64,000 nucleotides of DNA, taken from the sequence record OQ845957.1. One strand, written 5' to 3'. Within the stretch, counting starts at the first letter, position 1, and every line of letters begins with the position of its first letter. The translations under genes and the position numbers were made by a program. Origin of the DNA: Escherichia phage pEC-M719-6WT.1. Below the pieces are notes generated by a model. The model was not told the DNA's origin, did not search any database, and saw only the letters and a program-made list of their open reading frames with translations. Shown one piece after another: positions 56,314-62,650 of the stretch.

Positions 56314-57729
56314 ATGAGCGAATTATTTAACCACTCAAACCTTCATCAAGGTCGTACTGAAAATGGTGCTGTAAACCACACCTCTTCAATGTCAGCCTTG
56401 GTAGACTTCTACAAAGCTGCTGGCTCTAGCCGCAACTACGTAGAGAAACTTCCAAATCTTTTCTACAAAGCTTTACGGGAAGATATTGATGTTGCTGTAC
56501 GAATCCTGCTTCATATGCGAGATGCACGAGAAGGTATGGGTGAGCGTAAAGCGTTCAGAACTGTTTTGACTGAATCCATCAAAAGCAACATCCTAGACTC
56601 TTTCCAAGTTCTACGTATCATGGAAAAGATTTCTGAACTAGGCCGTTATGATGACTTTAAAATCTTCGTAGGTACTCGATACGAAACAGATGCTTTCAAA
56701 CAACTTGAAGCAGCACTGTTAGACCCTAATACTGCACAGTTAGCTGCAAAGTGGTTACCAAGGGTTAAGCGTCGTCATATGAACTTTGTAAACCGCTTCT
56801 GTAAGTTTGCAAAGCTAAGTCAGAAAGAGTACCGACTGTTACTGTCAGCCTTGTCTGATACAGTTGAGCAGAAGATTTCTGCAAATGCTTTTGGAGAGAT
56901 TGATTACAGTAAAATCCCTTCACTGGCTGCTGCACGTTACCAGAAGCTTTTCGGTCGTAAAGATGGTGAGCGTTACAAAGCATACATTGAAGCTCTTACT
57001 AAAGGTGAGACCAAGATTAATGCTGGTGCAGTTTACCCATACGATGTGATTAAGTCAGTAAATTACGGAAACGCTACAGTTGCCAATGAACAATGGAAAG
57101 CTTTACCAAACTGGATGGCAGATGGTGAAAACATTCTCTGCATGACAGACGTATCAAGCTCTATGACTTGGGAAAGACACGGTGCAGTTACTGCTTTAGA
57201 CATTGGTGTATCACTTGCATTGTACGTAGCAGAACGCAACACAGGTTGTTTTAAAGATGAGTTAATGGTTTACTCCAGCAGACCTCACTTTATTACACTG
57301 AGTGGAGATTTAGCACAACGTAAGCGTCAGGTAATGTCTCATGTTGAGTATGGTTCAACTAACCTTCAAGCAGCATTTGACAGAATTCTTGAAATTGGTG
57401 TTAAAAATGGCTTGACACAAGAAGCTATGCCAAGTAAGCTTATTATCTTCTCTGATATGGAATTCAATCAGGTTGATGGTGCAAATGGCCTTACTAACTT
57501 TGAAGCAATTCAGAGTAAGTACAAAAAAGCTGGATATGAGATGCCACAACTGGTATTCTGGTACTTAGCTGACCGTAACGGTAATTGCGAAGTGTCTGTA
57601 AAGGATAACGGAGTAGCAATGGTTTCAGGTTTCTCTCCAGCCACCTTAAAAGCTTTGCTTGGTGGTGAGAAGTTTGACCCAATTAGCGTTATGCTTAAAG
57701 CAGTTATGATTGAGCGTTACGACTGGTAA
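56314..57729 (+). CDS. vWA (MIDAS) domain protein with N-terminal helical domain; possibly Ro60/TROVE-like
   Basis: C-terminal MIDAS-like motif CMTDVSSSM; ~270 aa helical N-terminal region; domain order matches Ro60-type proteins (architecture only). Confidence 0.45.
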   Translation: MSELFNHSNLHQGRTENGAVNHTSSMSALVDFYKAAGSSRNYVEKLPNLFYKALREDIDVAVRILLHMRDAREGMGERKAFRTVLTESIKSNILDSFQVLRIMEKISELGRYDDFKIFVGTRYETDAFKQLEAALLDPNTAQLAAKWLPRVKRRHMNFVNRFCKFAKLSQKEYRLLLSALSDTVEQKISANAFGEIDYSKIPSLAAARYQKLFGRKDGERYKAYIEALTKGETKINAGAVYPYDVIKSVNYGNATVANEQWKALPNWMADGENILCMTDVSSSMTWERHGAVTALDIGVSLALYVAERNTGCFKDELMVYSSRPHFITLSGDLAQRKRQVMSHVEYGSTNLQAAFDRILEIGVKNGLTQEAMPSKLIIFSDMEFNQVDGANGLTNFEAIQSKYKKAGYEMPQLVFWYLADRNGNCEVSVKDNGVAMVSGFSPATLKALLGGEKFDPISVMLKAVMIERYDW

Positions 57730-57746
57730 GAATTTTAAAAAGGGTA

Positions 57747-57775
57747 TTGACAAAGTGTTTAATACCCTTTAATAT
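57747..57775 (+). promoter_or_regulatory. sigma70-like promoter (TTGACA-N17-TAATAT) inside 10-bp inverted repeat AAAGGGTATT/AATACCCTTT
   Basis: Direct reading; palindrome overlaps -35 and spacer. Confidence 0.5.
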
Positions 57776-57837
57776 GTTCTACATAGAAACGAAAAAGAGT
57801 TTTTCTAAAATAAATTGAAGAGATTTTAAAAAATCTC

Positions 57838-57867
57838 TTGACAACCACTAAAAAATAGTGCTATAGT
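57838..57867 (+). promoter_or_regulatory. sigma70-like promoter (TTGACA-N18-TATAGT) for tRNA cluster, with flanking palindromes
   Basis: Palindromes AGAGATTTTAAAAAATCTCT upstream and CACTAAAAAATAGTG in spacer; first tRNA starts ~28 nt downstream. Confidence 0.5.
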
Positions 57868-57894
57868 GGTTACATAGATTGTTAAAAAGATTAT

Positions 57895-57971
57895 CTCTGT
57901 TTAGCTCAGTTTGGTAGAGCGTTCCGTTTGGGGCGGTAAGGCCAGAGGTTCAAGTCCTCTAACAGAGACCA
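57895..57971 (+). tRNA. tRNA-Pro (anticodon TGG, tentative)
   Basis: 7-bp acceptor CTCTGTT/AACAGAG, T-arm AGAGG-TTCAAGT-CCTCT, encoded CCA. Confidence 0.55.
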
Positions 57972-57978
57972 AATTAAT

Positions 57979-58053
57979 GTCGTAGAAGGCAAATGGTTAG
58001 CCACCTGACCTTCAATCAGTTGCTCGCGGGTTCGAATCCCGTCTACGACTCCA
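57979..58053 (+). tRNA. tRNA-Glu (anticodon TTC, tentative)
   Basis: Acceptor GTCGTAG/CTACGAC, T-loop TTCGAAT, CCA end. Confidence 0.5.
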
Positions 58054-58138
58054 AATTTGACAGAAGACCAAATACAGCAAACAACTTTTACTTTTCGCGC
58101 ATAGAAAACATAAAAAGCTTGGTCTGGTCATTAAGAAT

Positions 58139-58215
58139 TGCGGGTATAGAGAAAGGGCGTCTCACATGTCTCATTAGCATGGTATCGGCAGGTTCGACTC
58201 CTGCACCCGCCTCCA
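58139..58215 (+). tRNA. tRNA with CAT anticodon (Met/Ile2/initiator unresolved); 1:72 mismatch
   Basis: Anticodon arm CATGT-CTCATTA-GCATG, T-arm GCAGG-TTCGACT-CCTGC. Confidence 0.5.
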
Positions 58216-58296
58216 AATTTACAGAAGACCGTTTACAGCAATTCAAACAATTTTATCGGAAAATTAAAATGAATACGGTCTGGTAATGTTAAACAT

Positions 58297-58373
58297 GGTT
58301 AGGAAGCACATAAGGCATGTGCGGTCGGCTGTTAACCGAATGGCACAGGGTTCGAATCCCTGACTAACCGCCA
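58297..58373 (+). tRNA. tRNA-Asn (anticodon GTT)
   Basis: Anticodon loop CTGTTAA, T-arm CAGGG-TTCGAAT-CCCTG, CCA end. Confidence 0.6.
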
Positions 58374-58383
58374 AAATTTAAAT

Positions 58384-58471
58384 GCGTCGTTATCCCGTAG
58401 ATGGAAGCGGTGGTGACTGTAAATCACTTGTCATTACGACTCGGTAGGTTCGACTCCTTCACGGCGCACCA
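58384..58471 (+). tRNA. tRNA-Tyr (anticodon GTA), class II
   Basis: 88 nt with long variable arm; anticodon loop CTGTAAA. Confidence 0.6.
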
Positions 58472-58477
58472 AACAAA

Positions 58478-58555
58478 GGTTATGTAGTTTAATTTGGTTA
58501 AAATACCTCCCTGTCACGGAGGAAGATGTGGGTTCAAGTCCCATCATAACCGCCA
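58478..58555 (+). tRNA. tRNA-Asp (anticodon GTC)
   Basis: Acceptor GGTTATG/CATAACC; anticodon arm CCTCC-CTGTCAC-GGAGG. Confidence 0.65.
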
Positions 58556-58975
58556 ATTTTGAGAGGGCTTTTTAGCCCCTCCCTTAAAGAGTTCTTACGA
58601 GTATTCTTTAAAGGAGCAGAAGACCAAATTCAGCAAGTTACTTAAAATTTCAAGCCAATTTAATTTTGAAAAATTTAAAACTTGGTCTGGTTCCAACAAA
58701 TTTACAGAAGACCGTTTACAGCAATTTAAATCTATTTCTCTCAAAAAGAAAAGGTGAAGGTTCGATTCCTTCACACGTTACGGCGTGTTGGTGTAATGGA
58801 AGCACTTTAGATAATAACGGTCTGGTAATCCTCTTTGCAGTGACTTATGGAGCTAATATATCGTCCCATGAGTGCCGATGAATTTCCTTAGCATGATTCT
58901 AGATTAGCTTAATAGGAAATGACTCTACAAGCCCTTTAGCAAGGTTTGCGTAGGTTACTGCAAAGATGATTTAAT

Positions 58976-59051
58976 GGGAGTGTAGCAGAATGGTGATGCG
59001 GCAGACTTTTAATCTGACAGGCGACGGGTTCGAATCCCTCCACTCCTACCA
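58976..59051 (+). tRNA. tRNA-Lys (anticodon TTT)
   Basis: Anticodon loop CTTTTAA; T-loop TTCGAAT; weak T-stem. Confidence 0.5.
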
Positions 59052-59055
59052 ATAT

Positions 59056-59132
59056 GGTTCAGTCGCAGATAAGGTAATGCAAGGGTTTCATAAGCCCTAT
59101 GAATGTGGGTTCGATTCCCACCTGAACCTCCA
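59056..59132 (+). tRNA. tRNA with CAT anticodon (Met or Ile2)
   Basis: Perfect acceptor GGTTCAG/CTGAACC; anticodon arm AGGGT-TTCATAA-GCCCT; T-arm GTGGG-TTCGATT-CCCAC. Confidence 0.65.
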
Positions 59133-59134
59133 AT

Positions 59135-59209
59135 TGTGGGTTAGCATAAATGGTAATGCAAACGGCTGATAACCGTTAGAAGAGGGTTCGATACCCTCAC
59201 CTACAACCA
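59135..59209 (+). tRNA. tRNA-Ile (anticodon GAT)
   Basis: Anticodon arm AACGG-CTGATAA-CCGTT; T-arm GAGGG-TTCGATA-CCCTC. Confidence 0.65.
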
Positions 59210-59224
59210 ATTTCAATAAAGTTG

Positions 59225-59253
59225 TTGACATTGAGATGTGACTACTTTATAGT
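59225..59253 (+). promoter_or_regulatory. sigma70 consensus-like promoter (TTGACA-N17-TATAGT) inside tRNA cluster
   Basis: Near-consensus hexamers with exact 17-bp spacer. Confidence 0.6.
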
Positions 59254-59486
59254 TACCTTAGTTTTCGTTAGCGTAGCGTCTATTTTGCAAACTTAAAAAT
59301 AAATGCAAACGATAATGTTTTTCTGGCAGTAGCTTAATAGGCTAAACACCAGTGAGGTCTTCCAATCCCTCATCAAAGAATTTGGCGTACTAGCCCACGG
59401 TATGATTAATAAAGTGGGCAACATTCTAAAGGGTATCCCTTATGGGGCTTGGCTTAAATGCAATGAGTACCCTTTAAAATGTTAAT
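59254..59486 (+). ncRNA. candidate structured ncRNA downstream of internal promoter
   Basis: ~230 nt with no ORF and no canonical tRNA fold; nested stems GCCCAC..GTGGGC and AAGGGTA..TACCCTT. Confidence 0.3.
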
Positions 59487-59563
59487 GCACCCTTAGTTCA
59501 ACTGGACAGAGCAAATGACTTCTAATCATTGAGTTACAGGTTCGAATCCTGTAGGGTGTTCCA
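59487..59563 (+). tRNA. tRNA-Arg (anticodon TCT)
   Basis: Anticodon arm AATGA-CTTCTAA-TCATT; T-arm ACAGG-TTCGAAT-CCTGT. Confidence 0.65.
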
Positions 59564-59623
59564 ATTTAATGGTCAAGACAACACTAGTAAGTCATCTTCG
59601 ATACATGTTAAGAGATGAACGAA

Positions 59624-59691
59624 AGTCGGAAAGTTGCTGAAGGTTAGCTACCTTCGATAGTAAGTAGGTTCGACTCCTACCTTGGCTGCCA
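59624..59691 (+). tRNA. aberrant tRNA-like element (~68 nt; D-arm not resolvable)
   Basis: Good T-arm GTAGG-TTCGACT-CCTAC and CCA end, stem GAAGG-TTAGCTA-CCTTC, but no standard D-arm or full acceptor pairing. Confidence 0.3.
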
Positions 59692-59833
59692 AATAGTTAG
59701 CAGATTGCTTAGACGACCTTAACGGGTCTCCGTGTAAGGAGGTGGTCTGTATCTCATGTTTCCAGAGCATGTAAAATATTCTGAGAAGGGGCTTTACAGT
59801 GTTGTGATAATACGGTAAGCTTCGAATTATAGT

Positions 59834-59916
59834 ATGGGACGATGTTAAGACACTAAGGCATGTGCGTAAGCCTCCAAAACTTACTCAAAGGGGTTCGAAT
59901 CCTCCGTCCCATGCCA
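59834..59916 (+). tRNA. atypical tRNA-like element (possible anticodon CCA/Trp; ~8-nt insertion between acceptor and D-stem)
   Basis: Perfect acceptor ATGGGAC/GTCCCAT, T-loop TTCGAAT, CCA end; body 83 nt without a class II variable arm. Confidence 0.35.
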
Positions 59917-59929
59917 AAGTCTTATTAGG

Positions 59930-60017
59930 GGTAGGTAGCGGCTAATGGAAGCCAAACTGTCTTGAAAACAGTTGCCACTGTAGAGATACGGTGAGGGTTC
60001 GACTCCTTTACTTACCG
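59930..60017 (+). tRNA. tRNA-Ser (anticodon TGA), class II
   Basis: Anticodon arm ACTGT-CTTGAAA-ACAGT; long variable arm; CCA not encoded. Confidence 0.6.
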
Positions 60018-60019
60018 CC

Positions 60020-60272
60020 TAATAAGATTTGAAATCCACGCTACTGTTATTACGTGCGTTCGGTTTCCTCTAACGTGTATTGGCGTACACGGCACTGATG
60101 GAGCACCTAGTAGGTGTCACGGAGAAGAGATAGTATCAAGCTCTCCAAAGGTTCTAGTCACCGGATTAAACAAGACTATGCAAAGACTGATTAGGTCTTT
60201 TTAGAGAACTTCTGAGGCAAACTATACCATTGTTGCTTTGGGGTCTTGGAAGTTCTCTACAAAGATTTTAAT
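60020..60272 (+). ncRNA. candidate structured ncRNA / spacer within tRNA cluster
   Basis: ~250 nt without ORF or tRNA fold between two tRNAs; multiple local stems. Confidence 0.25.
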
Positions 60273-60350
60273 GGGAGATTGACGGTAATTGGTAAACCTA
60301 CCATCCTTAGAAGTTGGTGTTTGAGGGTTCGAATCCCTTGTCTCCTACCA
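60273..60350 (+). tRNA. tRNA, class I length, anticodon TAG (Leu anticodon; isotype uncertain)
   Basis: Acceptor GGGAGAT/GTCTCCT, anticodon arm CCATC-CTTAGAA-GTTGG, discriminator A. Confidence 0.45.
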
Positions 60351-60357
60351 AATTAAT

Positions 60358-60433
60358 GCAGGTGTAGCAAAATGGTTATGCGGCTGACTCTTAATCAGTA
60401 AGACGATGGGTTCAATTCCCTCCACCTGTACCA
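60358..60433 (+). tRNA. tRNA-Lys (anticodon CTT, tentative)
   Basis: Anticodon arm GCTGA-CTCTTAA-TCAGT; T-loop TTCAATT. Confidence 0.5.
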
Positions 60434-60439
60434 AACATT

Positions 60440-60515
60440 GGGGATGTAGTTTACATGGTTAAAACGTAAGTTTTGCAAACTTAAGTACAGGGTTCAATTC
60501 CCTGCTTCTCCACCA
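60440..60515 (+). tRNA. tRNA-Ala (anticodon TGC)
   Basis: Anticodon arm TAAGT-TTTGCAA-ACTTA; T-arm CAGGG-TTCAATT-CCCTG. Confidence 0.6.
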
Positions 60516-60521
60516 ATTAGT

Positions 60522-60596
60522 GCATCCATAGTTTAAACGGGAAAATTACAGTCTTCCAAACTGAGGTTGAGGGTTCGATTCCCTCTGGATGCTCCA
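60522..60596 (+). tRNA. tRNA-Gly (anticodon TCC)
   Basis: Perfect acceptor GCATCCA/TGGATGC; anticodon loop CTTCCAA. Confidence 0.6.
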
Positions 60597-60610
60597 AATT
60601 AAGGTGTGAT

Positions 60611-61024
60611 ATGAAAATATGTAGTACTTGCAGAATACCAAAAGATGAAAGCTTATTCCATAAGAATAAGAACAAGAAAGATGGTCTTCAAAGTCAATGC
60701 AAAGACTGTGCAAGACTTCGTGATGCAAAGAGTTATCAAGCAAATGATAGAAGGAAAGAGTCTATTAAAAGCACTCGTAACTTCAAGAGAGAGTATAACA
60801 AGGCTCTAGCTAGAAGGTACAAAGCTTTATGTAAATGTCATATATGTGGTGAGAAAGAGCCAGTTGCACTGGATTTACACCATACAGACCCTTCCAAGAA
60901 AGATTTGAATCCTGCATCGCTTTATTCATACTCCACAAAAAGATTAAAAGATGAAATCAGAAAGTGTATTGTCTTGTGCGCTAACTGTCACAGAAAAGTA
61001 CATGCTGGTATTATTAAAGTTTAA
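60611..61024 (+). CDS. HNH endonuclease (zinc-finger type), inserted between tRNA genes
   Basis: HNH core LDLHHTDPSKK...CANCHRKVHAG plus CxxC pairs. Confidence 0.6.
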   Translation: MKICSTCRIPKDESLFHKNKNKKDGLQSQCKDCARLRDAKSYQANDRRKESIKSTRNFKREYNKALARRYKALCKCHICGEKEPVALDLHHTDPSKKDLNPASLYSYSTKRLKDEIRKCIVLCANCHRKVHAGIIKV

Positions 61025-61025
61025 T

Positions 61026-61102
61026 GCTGCTTTCGTATAATTGGCTATTACACATCCCTTGTAAGGATGGAGATGCGGGTTCAAGTCCTGTGAGCAGCAC
61101 CA
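61026..61102 (+). tRNA. tRNA-Thr (anticodon TGT)
   Basis: Anticodon arm CATCC-CTTGTAA-GGATG; acceptor GCTGCTT/GAGCAGC. Confidence 0.6.
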
Positions 61103-61198
61103 ATTTTGAGGTCAAGTGAAAGACCGCTTGAGTCAACTGAAGACCGTAACAAATTCCACGGAGTTGAGTTAGCGGCACAACTTCAGACCTCTTTCAAA

Positions 61199-61273
61199 GC
61201 TCGCTTAGTTTATATGGTAAAGCCCCATCCTTACAAGTTGGTGAAGAAGGTTCAAGTCCTTCAGCGAGTACCA
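61199..61273 (+). tRNA. tRNA-Val (anticodon TAC)
   Basis: Anticodon arm CCATC-CTTACAA-GTTGG (same stem as 60273 element); T-arm GAAGG-TTCAAGT-CCTTC. Confidence 0.55.
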
Positions 61274-61274
61274 A

Positions 61275-61352
61275 GTTCCAGTATCCCAATTGGCAGAGGA
61301 TGCAAGCTCAAACCTTGTATTAGTGACGGTTCGAATCCGTCTTGGAACACCA
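61275..61352 (+). tRNA. tRNA, class I length, anticodon CAA (Leu anticodon; isotype uncertain)
   Basis: Anticodon arm GCAAG-CTCAAAC-CTTGT; T-arm GACGG-TTCGAAT-CCGTC; discriminator A. Confidence 0.45.
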
Positions 61353-61369
61353 AATTTTAGGAGATTCCT

Positions 61370-61582
61370 ATGAAGCCTTATGGTAGACACGGTAAAGTTG
61401 AAATTGCAAGTTGTGGTTGCTGTGCTTCTCACGATGGTGAAGAAGATTACTACAAGTGGCGTACAGACCATCGTAGACGCTTTCTCAGAAGAGATAAGAA
61501 GAAAGCTAGACAGGAATCTCGAAAAGATATTGCAGAATTAGTTCAAATGGATAGAGCAGCAACCTACGAAGTTGTCTGTTAG
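61370..61582 (+). CDS. small Cys-rich basic protein (doubtful; 3' end overlaps tRNA-Arg)
   Basis: 70 aa with GGAGA RBS but ~50-nt overlap with a well-formed tRNA. Confidence 0.2.
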   Translation: MKPYGRHGKVEIASCGCCASHDGEEDYYKWRTDHRRRFLRRDKKKARQESRKDIAELVQMDRAATYEVVC

Positions 61583-61608
61583 GGGTTCGAATCCCTTATT
61601 CTGCACCA
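61532..61608 (+). tRNA. tRNA-Arg (anticodon ACG)
   Basis: Perfect acceptor GCAGAAT/ATTCTGC; anticodon arm GCAAC-CTACGAA-GTTGT. Confidence 0.65.
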
Positions 61609-61628
61609 ATTTTAAAGAGGCTATTTAA

Positions 61629-62186
61629 ATGAGATATTTGAAGTATGCTTCATGGATTTTCCTAGCTTTGCTAGAGCCATTTGCAGCAATCTTAGCAGTT
61701 ATCTTAGCACCTTTCGTAGTTCCATTCTACAATGAGAAGAAAGGTCACTTACCTTTTGGATTCAGATGGATGGAGACTTATGATAATCCAATTGACGGTG
61801 ACAAAGGCCACGTTGAACGATGGGCTAAGATTCGAAAGATTGGCAAGCTCGGTGTTTATATGCAGAGAGTTGGATGGCTCTGGAGAAACAAAGCTTATAA
61901 CTTCTCTTACCATGTATTAGGGAGAGATGTAAAAGATGTTACTAAGTGGAAAGGTAATATCAACGTAAGTTCTAACCCTGAAGATAATCAGACAGGTTAT
62001 CTCCTGATGTGGAACAGTAATGCTTGGGGATTATTCGCTTTTATACCGTCAATTAAAATCTTTGGTAAACAGTTTTACTGGAGAATTTATGTTGGATGGA
62101 AGCTTAAAAGTGTTGTCCCAGAAGAAAGAGCATTCTCAAGGGAAAGAATTATGTTGGCATTCTTTATTCATCCACTAAGAAAGTAA
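61629..62186 (+). CDS. membrane protein
   Basis: 185 aa; N-terminal hydrophobic segment IFLALLEPFAAILAVILAPFVVPF; AAAGAGG RBS. Confidence 0.35.
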   Translation: MRYLKYASWIFLALLEPFAAILAVILAPFVVPFYNEKKGHLPFGFRWMETYDNPIDGDKGHVERWAKIRKIGKLGVYMQRVGWLWRNKAYNFSYHVLGRDVKDVTKWKGNINVSSNPEDNQTGYLLMWNSNAWGLFAFIPSIKIFGKQFYWRIYVGWKLKSVVPEERAFSRERIMLAFFIHPLRK

Positions 62187-62194
62187 AGATTTAA

Positions 62195-62270
62195 AGGGGA
62201 TTAGTTTACAAGGTTAAAACCTCGGTCTTTGAAATCGAAGAAGTTGGTTCAATTCCAACATCCCCCGCCA
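62195..62270 (+). tRNA. tRNA-Gln (anticodon TTG)
   Basis: Anticodon arm TCGGT-CTTTGAA-ATCGA; perfect T-arm GTTGG-TTCAATT-CCAAC; 1:72 mismatch. Confidence 0.6.
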
Positions 62271-62272
62271 AT

Positions 62273-62351
62273 GCTCCATTACTCCAATTGGCAGAGAGGC
62301 CAGACTTAAAATCTGTGTTATGTATCGGTTCGAATCCGATATGGAGTACCA
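62273..62351 (+). tRNA. tRNA, class I length, anticodon TAA (Leu anticodon; isotype uncertain)
   Basis: Anticodon loop CTTAAAA; T-arm ATCGG-TTCGAAT-CCGAT; discriminator A. Confidence 0.45.
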
Positions 62352-62357
62352 AATATT

Positions 62358-62433
62358 AGCAGTGTAGCATAACTGGCAATGCTCCAGCCTCTGAAGCTGA
62401 AAGATTAAGGTTCAAATCCTTACACTGCTGCCA
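62358..62433 (+). tRNA. tRNA-Gln (anticodon CTG, tentative)
   Basis: Perfect acceptor AGCAGTG/CACTGCT; anticodon loop CTCTGAA. Confidence 0.5.
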
Positions 62434-62464
62434 CTTCTAAGGGTTCTTACGAGAGTCCTTAAAT

Positions 62465-62541
62465 GTGGCCTTATCATAAATGTATAATGACCCATGCTGT
62501 GAACATGGTCTATACGGGTTCGATTCCCGTAGGTCACCCCA
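62465..62541 (+). tRNA. tRNA-His (anticodon GTG)
   Basis: Anticodon arm CCATG-CTGTGAA-CATGG perfect; T-arm ACGGG-TTCGATT-CCCGT. Confidence 0.65.
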
Positions 62542-62548
62542 ATTTTAA

Positions 62549-62623
62549 TAGCTCAATTAGCTTATATGGTTAAAGCGCGTGTCTGAAAAACATGAGAACA
62601 GGGTTCAAATCCCGATGGGCTAC
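62549..62623 (+). tRNA. tRNA-Phe (anticodon GAA)
   Basis: Acceptor TAGCTCA/TGGGCTA; anticodon loop CTGAAAA; weak T-stem. Confidence 0.5.
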
Positions 62624-62650
62624 CAATTATATAGGTGCATAATGAAAGAG

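Larger units (their letters stand above)
58055..58860 (+). repeat. inter-tRNA repeat family (4 copies): AAATTTACAGAAGACC..TACAGCAA ... GGTCTGGT
   Basis: Copies near 58055-58135, 58213-58290, 58620-58690, 58691-58850; last copy carries a T-arm-like hairpin GTGAAGG-TTCGATT-CCTTCAC. Confidence 0.6.

Noticed and set aside
57993-58286. 97-aa ORF from the six-frame track (and the 71-aa ORF at 58666-58881) inside the tRNA cluster
   Set aside because: They run straight through well-formed tRNA genes and inter-tRNA repeats and lack a convincing RBS; most likely chance ORFs.
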